DNA from: Chloroflexota bacterium
Lineage (GTDB): Bacteria; Chloroflexota; UBA11872
Direction of reading: 5' to 3'
Assembly (NCBI GenBank): GCA_028873795.1
Contig: JAPPNP010000022.1
Span: 29,462 to 93,461 of the forward strand
DNA length: 64,000 nt
Positions 34,292 to 44,875 of the stretch are shown here, in pieces. Both the position numbers and the translations under genes were made by a program. Below the pieces are notes generated by a model. The model had not been told where the DNA came from. It ran no database searches and was given only the letters and a program-made list of their open reading frames with translations. Within the stretch, counting starts at the first letter, position 1; each line of letters begins with the position of its first letter.

Positions 34292-34783
34292 TTACCCCCC
34301 GTAGCTCATCCCCGTGGCGGACAGAAGCTGCGGCTCGCCGCCGCGTTCGGACCCGCCCACGACCTCGCCGAAGTACACCACGTGATCGCCCGGCTGGCTG
34401 CTGCCCACGACGCGGCACTCGAACCAGGCCACGGCCCCATCGAGGACCGGTGTGCCGGTGTCGTAACTGGTCACCGGCTCGCCCTCGAGTCGACCTTCGC
34501 CGCTGGTGGACTTGGCCGTGAACTTGAGCGAGAGGTCCTTGGATCCGTCCGGCAGGACCGAAATCGAAAAGACGCCGGTCGCGTCGATGTTCTGGCGGGT
34601 GTGCGCCCCGTCCTGGATCGCCACCGCGACCACGCGCGGATCGAACGACACCTGGGTCAGCCAGTTCGCCGTCATGCCGTTCGGTTCGCCGTCCGCCGAC
34701 TTTGTGCCGACCACCACCAGACCGTAGACAAGGGCATTGAGCGCGTCGGATACCGGGTCGCTGTCAGACATGAGAGATCCCAT
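34292..34783 (-). CDS. flavin reductase-like FMN-binding protein
   Basis: Split-barrel flavin reductase domain (VYGLVVVGTKSADGEPNGMTANW...). Confidence 0.8.
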   Translation of the reverse strand: MGSLMSDSDPVSDALNALVYGLVVVGTKSADGEPNGMTANWLTQVSFDPRVVAVAIQDGAHTRQNIDATGVFSISVLPDGSKDLSLKFTAKSTSGEGRLEGEPVTSYDTGTPVLDGAVAWFECRVVGSSQPGDHVVYFGEVVGGSERGGEPQLLSATGMSYGG

Positions 34784-34896
34784 CTAGAGGCATGGCATTG
34801 GCTCCTTGCAATTATCCGCGGCCCGTCGCGCCCACGGCAACGCCGTGCGGCACTTCGCGCCGCGGTTCGGCGGCGAATTCGGCCGGCTACGCTACG

Positions 34897-35835
34897 ATGC
34901 CTCGCCGCTTGGACAGTCACCTGGGAGCCCACGTGTCACGCGTCAATCGTTGCATCGAGCTGCTGGAGCAGGGGCAGCCCGTCTACTACGACCGGGTCGA
35001 CCCGCTCGAGCTCAGCTATGACCTGGGCCGCGAGCTCAGCGACACCTGGGCCGACTACCTGCGAATCGAGTTCGAGCATCAAGGACTGGACGCGGTGGCG
35101 CTGTCGCGCTTCATGCGCGGCATGGTCGATGCCGGACCAACGCGCAGCGGGCATCGCACGCCGACGGTGATGTGCACCCTGCCCGCCACCGGCATGAGCG
35201 CCGACGAGGTCCGGCTCAACGCTTGGCAAATCCGGCACATCCTCTCCGCCGGCGTTCACGGGTTATACCTGGCGCACGTGCGTGACCCGGAAGCCGTGCG
35301 GGTGTTTGTGGAGGCCTGCCGCTTTCCGCATCAGACCGTGGGCATGGGCGACGACCTCGGCATCGGCACCCGCGGCCACGGGGCCGAGGGATACCCGGCG
35401 GACATTTGGGGACTGGACGTGTCGGACTACGTGCGCGTCGCCGACCCCTGGCCGCTCAATCCGGCGGGAGAGCTGGCCCTGGGCATCAAGGTGGAAGACC
35501 GCTTCGGCCTGCCGCACGCCGGGGCCTGCATGGCCGTGCCGGGCGTGGCGTTCGGCGAGTGGGGTCCCGGCGACATGGGACTGTTCTTCGGCCATCCGGA
35601 GTGGAAGAACGCCCCCTACAGCCCGCAAATGGAGGCCGCCTGGCGGCAGGTGAAGGCCGCCTGCGACCGCGCGGGCATTCTCTTTCTCTGCGCGTGGGAC
35701 GACCCGGGCCTCACGCCCGAGCAACGCGCCGACCTGCTGATCAACGAGATCGGCGCCAAGCTCATCGCGGCGGGCGACGGACCGATCCTGGCCGCCGCCG
35801 GCCGGGCGCTCACCGGCCGCACCATGCCGGTGTGA
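34897..35835 (+). CDS. HpcH/HpaI-family aldolase (class II pyruvate/2-keto-acid aldolase)
   Basis: CIELLEQGQPVYY and the IEFEH motif, with a TIM-barrel-like layout. The start at ATG 34897 (MPRRLDSHLG...) is chosen over the upstream 34792 ORF-track start; GTG at 34924 is a further alternative. Confidence 0.7.
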   Translation: MPRRLDSHLGAHVSRVNRCIELLEQGQPVYYDRVDPLELSYDLGRELSDTWADYLRIEFEHQGLDAVALSRFMRGMVDAGPTRSGHRTPTVMCTLPATGMSADEVRLNAWQIRHILSAGVHGLYLAHVRDPEAVRVFVEACRFPHQTVGMGDDLGIGTRGHGAEGYPADIWGLDVSDYVRVADPWPLNPAGELALGIKVEDRFGLPHAGACMAVPGVAFGEWGPGDMGLFFGHPEWKNAPYSPQMEAAWRQVKAACDRAGILFLCAWDDPGLTPEQRADLLINEIGAKLIAAGDGPILAAAGRALTGRTMPV

Positions 35836-35866
35836 CCACACGATTCAGGGGCTGGTGAGAGTCAGG

Positions 35867-36952
35867 CTATTCGCGCCGCGGCTGCAGCTTCAGACACACG
35901 GGCGCCGGCACGGCGGCCTCATGCCCCGAGAACTCGAGCCCGCCTGAAGCCGCGTCGATCCGAAACGTGACGATGGTGCCCGAGTTCTGATTGGCCGCGA
36001 GCAGGAAGCGGCCGTCGGGCGTGATGAGGAAATTTCGCGGGGTCTCGCCGCGGGTCGGGGTCTGGCCAAGCGCCGTGAGCCGCCCGGTGCCGGACTCGAC
36101 CGCGAAGGCCGCAATCGAGTGGTGTCCCCGGTTCGAGGCGTACACGAAGCGGCCGTCGCGCGAGACATGAATGTCGGCGCAGGTGTTGTCGCCGTTCCAC
36201 GTCGTGGGAAGCGTTGAGATCCGTTGCTTGGCCGTCAGCGCTCCCGACTGCGCGTCGTAGTCGTAGGCGGAGACCGTCGAGCTCAGCTCGTTCACGGCAT
36301 AGGCGTGGGCGGCGGACGGATGGAACGTGAAATGCCGCGGCCCATCGCCCGGCTCGGCGCGCACCGTCAGGTCCGGTTGCTCGATCAGCCGCCCGGTCGC
36401 GTGATCGATGCGATAGACCACGATGGCGTCCATGCCCAGATCGCACGCATAGACCAGCGTGTTGGCGCCGTCGATCACGACGCAATGCGCGTGGGCCTGT
36501 TGCTGGCGCTGCGGGTCAATCGACGAACCGTGATGCTGGATGAAATCGGTGCGCGCCCCCAGTGACCCATTCGCCCGGATCGGCAGGAGGCTCACGCTGC
36601 CGCCAAAGTAGTTCGCCACGACTGCGTAGGAGTCGGTGCGATCCACCTGCACGTGACACGGCCCGGCGCCGCCGGTCCGCTCCGAGTTCAGCAACGTGAG
36701 CGAGCCCCGCCGTTCGATGGCGTAGGCGTTGATCACGCCATTGCCGGTCGTGGCCTCGGACACGGCGTACAGATGCTCGCCGCTCGGGTCGACGGCCAGA
36801 AACGTCGGATTCGCGATGCCCGGTTGGACGTCAACGCATTTGACCGCGCCGGTCGCGGCGTTCATGCGGCAGATGTAGACGCCTTCCGCGCCGAGATCGG
36901 TGTAGGTGCCCACGAACAGGGTGAGATCGTCGTCCACTTCGAAGCCCTCCAT
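35867..36952 (-). CDS. 7-bladed beta-propeller lactonase (6-phosphogluconolactonase/YbhE family)
   Basis: Repeated YAxN...G...V strand motifs (LYAVSEATTG, SYAVVANYFGGSV, AYAVNELSS). ATG at rc 36950-36952 (MEGFEVDD) is chosen. Longer starts up to 37090 are possible but would overlap the divergent gene. Confidence 0.8.
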   Translation of the reverse strand: MEGFEVDDDLTLFVGTYTDLGAEGVYICRMNAATGAVKCVDVQPGIANPTFLAVDPSGEHLYAVSEATTGNGVINAYAIERRGSLTLLNSERTGGAGPCHVQVDRTDSYAVVANYFGGSVSLLPIRANGSLGARTDFIQHHGSSIDPQRQQQAHAHCVVIDGANTLVYACDLGMDAIVVYRIDHATGRLIEQPDLTVRAEPGDGPRHFTFHPSAAHAYAVNELSSTVSAYDYDAQSGALTAKQRISTLPTTWNGDNTCADIHVSRDGRFVYASNRGHHSIAAFAVESGTGRLTALGQTPTRGETPRNFLITPDGRFLLAANQNSGTIVTFRIDAASGGLEFSGHEAAVPAPVCLKLQPRRE

Positions 36953-37032
36953 TACGCGCCGCAGCCGGTGAGGTGGGCGGACCATAGCACCGGACCCGGC
37001 GCGGATTCGTTGATTCGCCGTCCGCAGGCACA

Positions 37033-38262
37033 ATGCGGTCGGGGTTGAGATTGGGACCGCCGCCGATGCACGCCCATCACCGCGAGTCACAAGGCTCGTC
37101 GCCGACGGGACGAACCGTCGTGCGCGCGGGCAAGCTCTTCGACGGGGAGAACCGAACGCTCACCGACGACGCCGTGGTTGTGGTCGTGGGCGGGCAGGTG
37201 GTCGCTGCGGGACCTGCAGGCGACATCCATACCGACCCGGACGACCTGGTGATCGATCTCCGGCCGTGCACGGTGCTGCCGGGGCTGATCGACGCGCACG
37301 TGCACCTCATGGGCCAGAATCCGGCGCACGCGCATCCGGGACCGATCGAATACCGCGCCATTCGGTCGGCGGCGCAAGCCAAGGCGCTGCTCGAGGCGGG
37401 ATTCACCACGCTGCGAGACGTCGGGTCGCAGACGTCCGTGGCGCTCAAGCAAGCCATCGACGACGGCGCCGTGCCGGGTCCGCGGATGATTGCCGCGGGC
37501 TATGCCATCGCCCGCACCGGCGGTCCCTGGTTCGGCATGGAGCCGTCGTGGCGCTGGGTGCGGCCCGCCGAGGGCGTCGACGCCTGCCGCCAGGCCGTGC
37601 ATCGCAGCATCCGCGAAGGATCCAGCGTCATCAAGATCGGAACCTCCACCGGGCGCGACGACGCGGCCTGGGGCGAGATTCCGACCTACACCGTGGCCGA
37701 GGTGCAAGCCGTGGTGGAGGAGGCGCACGCCTGGGGCCTGCGCGTGGCGGCGCACGCCATGGGCAACGAGGGCGTGCGCCGGGCGGTGCTTGGCGGCGTC
37801 GACACCGTGGAGCACGGCTACAACATCACCGAGGACACCCTGGGCTTGATCATCGAGCGCGGCGTGTATCTGGTTCCGACCCTACGCGCGCGGGCCTTTT
37901 CCACCGATGACGACGGCCGGCGGACCTACGCCGACCAGGTTCGATCGCTGCGGCGGGCCTATGCGGCCGGCGCGCGGCTGGCGCTCGGCACCGACACGAC
38001 GGGTGGCGCCGAGATGCCGCACGGCCACGAGAACGCCGTCGAGTTCAGACTGATGGCCGAGACCATGGAACCCATCGACGCACTGCTGTCGGGCACGCGG
38101 GTCGCGGCGCAGGCGCTTGGGCTGCATCCACATGTCGGCAGCCTTCGGCCCGGTGCGGCCGCCGACCTCGTCGCCCTGCGCGAAAATCCGTTGCGCGATC
38201 TCGACACCCTGCAACGGGTCGAATTCGTCATGCAGGGCGGGCGCGTTGTGGTGGCGCCGTAG
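37033..38262 (+). CDS. amidohydrolase-family metal-dependent hydrolase
   Basis: N-terminal beta-sandwich (VRAGKLFDG), the HxH metal motif (PGLIDAHVHL), a later HAMG and a C-terminal D. An alternative ATG start is at 37066. Confidence 0.8.
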   Translation: MRSGLRLGPPPMHAHHRESQGSSPTGRTVVRAGKLFDGENRTLTDDAVVVVVGGQVVAAGPAGDIHTDPDDLVIDLRPCTVLPGLIDAHVHLMGQNPAHAHPGPIEYRAIRSAAQAKALLEAGFTTLRDVGSQTSVALKQAIDDGAVPGPRMIAAGYAIARTGGPWFGMEPSWRWVRPAEGVDACRQAVHRSIREGSSVIKIGTSTGRDDAAWGEIPTYTVAEVQAVVEEAHAWGLRVAAHAMGNEGVRRAVLGGVDTVEHGYNITEDTLGLIIERGVYLVPTLRARAFSTDDDGRRTYADQVRSLRRAYAAGARLALGTDTTGGAEMPHGHENAVEFRLMAETMEPIDALLSGTRVAAQALGLHPHVGSLRPGAAADLVALRENPLRDLDTLQRVEFVMQGGRVVVAP

Positions 38263-38291
38263 GCCGCGCACCGCGTGCGCGGCAAGCGACC

Positions 38292-39377
38292 CTAGTCGGT
38301 CGTCGAGCTCTGGACGGAGTCGGTGATGGCGTCGTGCATCTCGCTGCTGAGCTGCGGGAGCGCCGTGCCGCGCCGGTCGAAGTCGTCCGCGAGGTGGCAC
38401 GCCACCAAGTGACCGTCACCGTAGTCGCGCAGGGGCGGTTCTTCGTTGAAGCACACGTCGTGGGCCACGGCGCAGCGCGTGTTGAACCGGCACCCCTGGG
38501 GCGGGTTGGTCGGACTCGGCAGCTCGCCGGGGATGATCAGCCGTTCCCGCTGCTCTGACGGATCGGGTACCGGAATCGCGTCCATGAGCGCGCGGGTGTA
38601 GGGGTGAATGGCGTTACCGAAGAGCTCCGGCGTATTGGCCTGTTCCACGATCTTGCCCAGATACATCACGGCCACGCGGTCGCAGACGTAGCGCACCACG
38701 GCCAGGTTGTGGGCAATGAACAAGTACGTGAGGCCGAACTCGCCCTGGAGATCGCGCAAGAGGTTGAGAATCTGCGACTGAATCGATACGTCGAGGGCTG
38801 AAACCGGCTCATCGCAGACCAGGAATTGCGGGCGCAGCACCAGCGCACGCGCGATGCCGATCCGTTGGCGCTGACCGCCGGAGAATTCGTGCGGGTATCG
38901 CTGCGCGTAGTGGCTGCTGATGCCGACGATATCCATGATCTCGCGGATTTGTTCGTTGCGCTCCTCGGGCGAACCCATTCCGTGGACCTCGAGACCCTCG
39001 CCGATGATGCCGCCGACGGTGATTCGCGGGTCCAGCGATCCATAGGGATCCTGGAAGATGATCTGCATGTTGCGGGCGAGCACCTTGCGGTCGAGTTTCG
39101 ACACGTCCTCGCCGCCGAACAAGATTTGGCCGCTGGTCGGCGGATAAATGCGGAGGATGGTCCGGCCGACGGTGGTCTTGCCGCAGCCGCTCTCGCCCAC
39201 CAGGCCGAACGTTTCGCCGCGCTTGATATCGAATGAGACCTCGTCCGCGGCGTGGACGTGGGCGATGGTGCGCAGCAGGATGCCGCCGCGCACCGGGAAG
39301 TGCTTGGTGAGACTCTGGACCGATAGGAGGACGTCGTCGGGCGCGCCGTTGCCCGAGCCGGCGGCTTCCGTGGCCAT
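38292..39377 (-). CDS. oligopeptide/dipeptide ABC transporter ATP-binding protein, OppF/DppF-type
   Basis: Walker [10 protein letters not shown], signature [15 protein letters not shown], and the C-terminal oligopeptide-type extension. 1-nt overlap with the upstream ATPase gene. Confidence 0.85.
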   Translation of the reverse strand: MATEAAGSGNGAPDDVLLSVQSLTKHFPVRGGILLRTIAHVHAADEVSFDIKRGETFGLVGESGCGKTTVGRTILRIYPPTSGQILFGGEDVSKLDRKVLARNMQIIFQDPYGSLDPRITVGGIIGEGLEVHGMGSPEERNEQIREIMDIVGISSHYAQRYPHEFSGGQRQRIGIARALVLRPQFLVCDEPVSALDVSIQSQILNLLRDLQGEFGLTYLFIAHNLAVVRYVCDRVAVMYLGKIVEQANTPELFGNAIHPYTRALMDAIPVPDPSEQRERLIIPGELPSPTNPPQGCRFNTRCAVAHDVCFNEEPPLRDYGDGHLVACHLADDFDRRGTALPQLSSEMHDAITDSVQSSTTD

Positions 39378-40471
39378 CAGCTCGCCACCGATCCCGCGGT
39401 CGCGCGAGCCTGCGGCAGCGGCTCGCCGTCGTGCCCGGAGGGTCGCTGGGGATACAGGTGGCAGCGCACCGTACGCCCATCGTCGAGCCGCTGAAGCTGC
39501 GGCCGGTTGTCTCGGCAAATGTTCATCGCCTCCGGACAGCGCGACTGAAACAGGCACCCGAGCGGCAGCCGCATCATGTGCGGCACCGAGCCTCGGATGG
39601 TCGAGAGGCGTTCGCTGCGGTCGGTTACCAGGCTGGGAATGCTGGTCATCAAACCGCGGGTGTATGGGTGTTTCGGCGCGGCGAATAGGGACTTGACGTC
39701 GGCGTATTCAACCACCTCGCCGGTGTACATCACCGCCACGTCGTCGGCCATTTCCGCAATCACGCCGAGGTCGTGCGTGATCAGCAGCAGCGCCATACCG
39801 GTTCGGGCCCGGATTTCGCGGATCAGTTCGAGAATCTGGGCCTGAATCGTGACGTCGAGGGCCGTCGTGGGCTCGTCGGCCAGGAGCAGTTGGGGTTCGC
39901 ACGCCAGCGCCATGGCAATCATCACCCGCTGGCGCATACCGCCCGACAGCTCGTGGGGATACGCCTTGATCCGCTGCTCGGGCTGCGGAATACCAACGAG
40001 TCGCAGCACCTCGATGATGCGTTCGTAGCGCTGTTTGCGGGTGAAGTCGCGGTGCTCGCGCAGGACTTCGCCGATCTGATTGCCGGTGTTGAAGACGGGA
40101 TTCAGCGCCGTCATGGGCTCTTGGAAAATCATGGAAATCTCGTCGCCGCGTACGCTGCGCATCTGGCGGTCGCTGAGCTGGCGCAGGTCGCGGTCCTGCC
40201 ACACGACCTCGCCGTCGACAATGTCGCCGGGCGGACGAATCAGGCGCATCACGCTGAGCGCGCTGACGCTCTTGCCGCAGCCGGACTCACCGACCAGCCC
40301 GAGCGTCTTGCCGCGCTCGATGGCGTAGGACACGCCGTCGACGGCCCGAACGATGCCGTCGCGAACTCGGAAATGGGTGCGCAGGTTGCGCACGGACAAC
40401 AGCAGGTCGCCCTTTTCGACGCGTTCCGGAAGCTGCATGCGCGGTTCGGGCACGCCGTTTTCCTCGCTCAT
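39377..40471 (-). CDS. oligopeptide/dipeptide ABC transporter ATP-binding protein, OppD/DppD-type
   Basis: [24 protein letters not shown] and the C-terminal Cys-containing extension. 364 aa from MSEENG. Confidence 0.85.
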   Translation of the reverse strand: MSEENGVPEPRMQLPERVEKGDLLLSVRNLRTHFRVRDGIVRAVDGVSYAIERGKTLGLVGESGCGKSVSALSVMRLIRPPGDIVDGEVVWQDRDLRQLSDRQMRSVRGDEISMIFQEPMTALNPVFNTGNQIGEVLREHRDFTRKQRYERIIEVLRLVGIPQPEQRIKAYPHELSGGMRQRVMIAMALACEPQLLLADEPTTALDVTIQAQILELIREIRARTGMALLLITHDLGVIAEMADDVAVMYTGEVVEYADVKSLFAAPKHPYTRGLMTSIPSLVTDRSERLSTIRGSVPHMMRLPLGCLFQSRCPEAMNICRDNRPQLQRLDDGRTVRCHLYPQRPSGHDGEPLPQARATAGSVAS

Positions 40472-40673
40472 CGGCGTTGCGGGTCGTGGCTCGCGCCGCC
40501 AGCCGCCGTCGGCCGGACGCTCGGACGATGCACTGCGAACATTGGTTGGATCGCTACTCCATACGTCGTGGCCCGGTGCCCGCCCGTGGTCGACGCAGGA
40601 ATCGTCCACGAGCGACCGTTTAGCCGCGGGGACGAGTTTAGGCGCGGTCGCCCAGGGGCGTCAACGTCCGGCG

Positions 40674-42257
40674 TCATGACAACGCGCGAAGTTCGATTCC
40701 GGTGTAGTAGTGCGTGAGAATTTCGTCGTAGCTGTGCCCCGCCAGCGCCATTCCCTGCGCGCCCCATTGGCTCATGCCGAGGCCGTGGCCAAAACCGCGG
40801 CCGGTGAGGATCAGCGACGGCGGGCGCTCGAAGACGGCCACGTGCACCGCCCCGTTCACCAACTCGATGTCGGGAGGCGCCGTTGCGAAGGCGATGCTGC
40901 GGCGCACCGAGGTGATGCGGTGGCCGTCTTGCAGCAGCGCGCCGAAGCGGCGCGGCGCGGCGCCAATGAGCTCCACGGACGTCACCGGCGCAAGCTCCAG
41001 GTCGACGAACGCGCTCGGCAGGCCAAGCGCGGTGCGGACTTGGTCGCCGTAGAGTTCCACCTCGCCCGCGGTTCCAACCACCAGCACCCGCAGCGGACGT
41101 CCCGCCGGCGTGTGCTCCAGGACTCGCAGGTCGACAATCGCGCCCACGCCTCCGTTGCGGAAGGCGCGATACTCGGCCAGCTCCGGCAGCGGGATCGTGC
41201 GCGTCCAGCGATAGCCCTCGGCGCCCCACGACACGCTCATCGCGGCGGCGTCGCCGGGTGACGGCACGCTCCGGAGATAGGGCACGGCCGTTCCCCACAC
41301 GTGCTCGGAGCTTTCCGTGACGTCGCCGGCGTTGGCGGAGTAGAGCGCGTCGATCGGCGCACCGTCGAACACGGCGACGATGCCGGCCGTGGCGGCCACG
41401 GCCGCATGCGTGCGCTCGGACTCGCTGCGCACGCCGCCATACGCCTGGCAGTTCTGGTTGTCGCAGAGGTCGTAGATCTCGTTCGGTTGCAGGTGCTGGA
41501 TGGCATAGGTGCGCGCCGCGACCGCCTGCGCCTTGAGCGCCTCGATTTCCCAGTTGCGGGGCATCTCCGCGCCCACGACCGACGCCAGATAGTCCGCCAG
41601 GGCAACGTGATTCACGACGAGAAAGCCCGTCTCCCCGCGGCGGATGTCGAATCCTCCGCGGTAGGGCTTGCCGTTCAGCCACATGGCGGCGTGCGGCTGG
41701 TCCGGCTGGACGTTGAGGCTCCGTGGAAGCTCGAACGTGGCCCAGTCGCCGACCGCCAGGGTCGGGCGCGGCGGGAGGACGCGCGCGGCCACGCCGGCCT
41801 CGACGCGAAGCAGCCGGCGGTGGCGCTCCAGCATTGCGAAGTCCACGTAAGGCCCGAGATGCACGAGCCCCGGCTCGGTTTCCCCGGCCGGACCGTCCAC
41901 GCCAATCCGCCGCGTCCACGGGGCTGCACTTTCCGCGGTGAACGCCAGGAATCGCGACGAACTCCCGAACACGATCTGCTGTCCCGGAGCCACGTCCCGC
42001 GGGCGGCCATCGATGACGGCCGTCGACGGCGCGTGGGGAACCAGCGTGAGCGTGTGGCCGGCGTCGCTCAGCAAGACCCGAACGACCTCGGGCAAGGTCA
42101 GATCGCGCTGCTGGGCGCCTGCGTCGGTCGCGGCGAGCAGCGCGAGCAGCAGCGCGACGCCACAGGCAGCGGCAATCACCACTGCTGGCAGTCGCGCGGC
42201 TGGGCCACCCATCGCGGCGGGACGCCCACGCGCACCCGCCATGCGCGTCGCGAACAT
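40674..42257 (-). CDS. SpoIID/LytB-domain protein
   Basis: N-terminal signal/TM region, then a SpoIID-like amidase-enhancer domain (…LCDNQNCQAYGG…YSANAGDVTE…GHGLGMSQWGA). Start chosen at MFATRM (42257); ATG at 42275 is an alternative. Confidence 0.8.
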   Translation of the reverse strand: MFATRMAGARGRPAAMGGPAARLPAVVIAAACGVALLLALLAATDAGAQQRDLTLPEVVRVLLSDAGHTLTLVPHAPSTAVIDGRPRDVAPGQQIVFGSSSRFLAFTAESAAPWTRRIGVDGPAGETEPGLVHLGPYVDFAMLERHRRLLRVEAGVAARVLPPRPTLAVGDWATFELPRSLNVQPDQPHAAMWLNGKPYRGGFDIRRGETGFLVVNHVALADYLASVVGAEMPRNWEIEALKAQAVAARTYAIQHLQPNEIYDLCDNQNCQAYGGVRSESERTHAAVAATAGIVAVFDGAPIDALYSANAGDVTESSEHVWGTAVPYLRSVPSPGDAAAMSVSWGAEGYRWTRTIPLPELAEYRAFRNGGVGAIVDLRVLEHTPAGRPLRVLVVGTAGEVELYGDQVRTALGLPSAFVDLELAPVTSVELIGAAPRRFGALLQDGHRITSVRRSIAFATAPPDIELVNGAVHVAVFERPPSLILTGRGFGHGLGMSQWGAQGMALAGHSYDEILTHYYTGIELRALS

Positions 42258-42320
42258 CAAGAACTCAAGCTCCACCGCCGCAGGCCAGATTCGCCCGCGG
42301 CACGGTGGCGAGCGGTCGGA

Positions 42321-42602
42321 TTAGGCCTCGGGCTTCTTTTCGGCGGGAGCCTCGGCTGCGGCGTCGGTGCTGGCCATGGTGCTGGCAGGGGCCTCGGCTG
42401 ATTCCGCGGTCTTCGCCTCGTCGTCGCCTTCGCCCTCTTCGCCTTCTTCCTCGTCTTCCAGACCGGCGCGCGCCTCGCTGCGGAACTCGCGCACGCTTTT
42501 GCCCAGCGCCTGCCCCACGCCGGCGATGCGGCCGGCGCCAAACAGGGCGATCACGATAAGCAAAATGATGAGCAACTCAAGCGGTCCAAGTGATGTGAAC
42601 AC
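42321..42602 (-). CDS. tatA: twin-arginine translocase subunit TatA/E
   Basis: MFTSLGPLELLIILLIVIALFGAGRIAGVGQALGKSVREFR followed by an acidic tail. Canonical TatA. Confidence 0.9.
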   Translation of the reverse strand: MFTSLGPLELLIILLIVIALFGAGRIAGVGQALGKSVREFRSEARAGLEDEEEGEEGEGDDEAKTAESAEAPASTMASTDAAAEAPAEKKPEA

Positions 42603-42818
42603 GGCTAATGTCTCCCTCGCTGCGGCAGCGCGAGCGCTGCCCCTAGTGGACTAGTCCTCATTGTCGGCGAATTTCCGACGATCGCGAGTGCGACCGTTCA
42701 ACGCGTCGCCGCCAACACGTTTCCAACCACGGGTGTTCGATACACCGTACGCCACTTTACCTTCTCTCGGTCCCCTGGGACGCGAAACGGCGGCCGATGT
42801 CGTCGCCACGGCCTAATC

Positions 42819-43952
42819 CTAGCCCTGCGCGTTCAGCAACTGGAACCCGAAGTCCAGGAGCACGCCCGCGTCTCGCTCGCGTTGGCTGCTGCCCAGAATC
42901 ACGACCATGAGCCGCCGGCCGTCACGTTCGGCCGCCGCAATGATGTTGCCGCCGGCGTCTTGCGTGCGTCCCGTCTTCACGCCGAGGGCGCCCTGGTAGG
43001 ACCACAGCAAGCCGTTGAGGCTCGTGGCGGTGTAGCTGCCGTGCGCCGGCCCGGCGGGAATCACGTAGGCGCGCGTGGAGACGATTCGCGCAAGGAGCGG
43101 AAATCGCTCGATGGCGTCGGCGGCGAGCACGGCCATCTCGAAGGCCGTGCTCCGGTGGTCGGGCGCGTCATAGCCGACGGCGTTGACGAAGGTGGTGTGG
43201 CTGAGCCCGAGCCGCCGCGCCAGATCGTTCATCTGCGCCACCGTGTACGCCTCGCCGCCAATGCCGTCGGCGACGGTCACCGCGGCGTCGTTGGCCGACG
43301 GCAACAACATGGCGAACAGCAGATCTTGCAGCGTCAGCACCTCGCCGGGGACCAGGCCGACGACGTTGGGCGGCTGCTCGGCCGCCGCCGGCGGCACTTG
43401 GATCCGGGTGTCGGGCGGCGCCTGTTCCAGGGCCACGACGGCGGTCGCCAGCTTGGCCAGACTCGCCGGCGCATGCGGCTCATGGACGTCGCGTCCAAAT
43501 AGGATCGTGCGTTGCCCAAGGTCGACGATCATCGCCGAGGCGGCTGTGATGGGCGGAGCCTCGACCGGTTGGATGAACGGGTCATCGATGAAGGCGGCGT
43601 TGCCCGCGCGAGCGAGAGTTGGCGCGTTGGCTTGCGGGCGCTGCACGTCGCGGTCGAGAAGGTTTACCACCCGGCCCATATCCGGCGGCGGCGCTTCCAC
43701 CGACGAGAAGATCCGCGTGAGCAGCAGGACGCCGGCAACCGCCGCCAGCGCGACGAGCAACAGCTCCGCGCCGCGCCGAAATCGCAGGGCCTGCACCCGG
43801 CGCACCCGCGGCGCCTTCGGTGGATGCCGCAACTGGGCGTGATAGATCGGCGGCGGCACCGCGACGCCGGTTGCGTTGGCGTCCAGCATCTCCTCTTGTC
43901 GCCAACCGTCCAGCGCCCGGCGCGTCCGGCGACCGCGGTTTCTTGCCGGCAT
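42819..43952 (-). CDS. D-alanyl-D-alanine carboxypeptidase (peptidase S11, PBP5/6-like)
   Basis: SxxK (ASLAKL), SxN (SAND) and KTG motifs. N-terminal membrane anchor. Confidence 0.85.
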   Translation of the reverse strand: MPARNRGRRTRRALDGWRQEEMLDANATGVAVPPPIYHAQLRHPPKAPRVRRVQALRFRRGAELLLVALAAVAGVLLLTRIFSSVEAPPPDMGRVVNLLDRDVQRPQANAPTLARAGNAAFIDDPFIQPVEAPPITAASAMIVDLGQRTILFGRDVHEPHAPASLAKLATAVVALEQAPPDTRIQVPPAAAEQPPNVVGLVPGEVLTLQDLLFAMLLPSANDAAVTVADGIGGEAYTVAQMNDLARRLGLSHTTFVNAVGYDAPDHRSTAFEMAVLAADAIERFPLLARIVSTRAYVIPAGPAHGSYTATSLNGLLWSYQGALGVKTGRTQDAGGNIIAAAERDGRRLMVVILGSSQRERDAGVLLDFGFQLLNAQG

Positions 43953-43958
43953 GGCCTG

Positions 43959-44615
43959 CTACACCACCTGATGCCGCGCGATGTAATCGAGGCTGCGGCG
44001 GTAGTCCGCCTCCCGGATCAGCTGCTCGCTCATGTAGTAGTTGAGCATGGTGCGCAGCGACAGGATCGGCAGCAGGTGCAAGCCGTGCTGCTGGAGACGG
44101 CGCGCTGCCCCCAGATCGCGATCGATGAGCACGATCACGTCGCGCACCACGAGGCCCTGCTCGCGCATGGCGTTGGCCGTGGCAATCACCGAGCCGCCCG
44201 TGGTGATCAGATCGTCGACCAGTAGCGCCTGCTGGCCGGGGAGAAAGCGCCCTTCGAGCAGAAGGCCGCCGGATGATGGCTGCGGCGACAGATACACCAG
44301 CGGGATGTCCGTGGCCAGGGAGTAGGCGGTCGCCAGGTGCAAGCCGCCCATGGGGACGCCCGCCACCAGCTCGCAGGGCTCGGCCGGGTGGTGGAGGCGC
44401 GCCACGGCAAGCTCGGCCGTTTGGCGCACCAACTCGGCGGCGGTGCGAAGGGCGGCCGGGACGGCGATGAGCCGCTTTGGGTTTACATAAACCGGCGAAT
44501 CGACGGTCGAGCGCCCGAGCGTGAAGCTCCCAAACTCGATCCCGCCCAACTCGTAGATTTGGCGAGCCAGGCCCAGCGTGGTGTTGTCGTCGGCCGTCAC
44601 GCGCGCCTCGCGCAA
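43959..44615 (-). CDS. pyrE: orotate phosphoribosyltransferase-like protein
   Basis: N-terminal FGSFTL.S...SP.Y pattern and a PRPP-binding loop (LLVDDLITTGGS). Confidence 0.7.
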   Translation of the reverse strand: MREARVTADDNTTLGLARQIYELGGIEFGSFTLGRSTVDSPVYVNPKRLIAVPAALRTAAELVRQTAELAVARLHHPAEPCELVAGVPMGGLHLATAYSLATDIPLVYLSPQPSSGGLLLEGRFLPGQQALLVDDLITTGGSVIATANAMREQGLVVRDVIVLIDRDLGAARRLQQHGLHLLPILSLRTMLNYYMSEQLIREADYRRSLDYIARHQVV

Positions 44616-44875
44616 GCTGCGACGCGCCGCGCCCGCCGCTGCGGCCTCCCAGGCGGACCCTGCGTCACCGCAATTATTGAGGCCACGTCACGCCCGGTCA
44701 AGATTCCTATCGCCCGCGGGCGCGTGCGGGACCTGGGAGCGATTCCGCGCGTCGGTCGTCGCTACACGCGTGTCGCCGTGCCCACCGGCAACACGCCTAC
44801 AATGCGTCCGAATTCGGCTTGTTGACAGGCGAACCCGTGGACCGCGACTCCGTTCAAGCTCCCGCCATTCCCGGT

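Noticed and set aside
40686-40700. GTTCGATTCC tRNA T-arm-like motif
   Set aside because: It lies inside the SpoIID-like coding sequence and has no complementary T-stem or acceptor stem around it. No tRNA cloverleaf could be built anywhere in the window.
44616-44875. Possible T-box leader in the 260-bp region upstream of valS
   Set aside because: No T-box consensus (AATTAGGGTGGTACCGCG-like) or specifier/antiterminator arrangement could be recognised by eye. Left unassigned.
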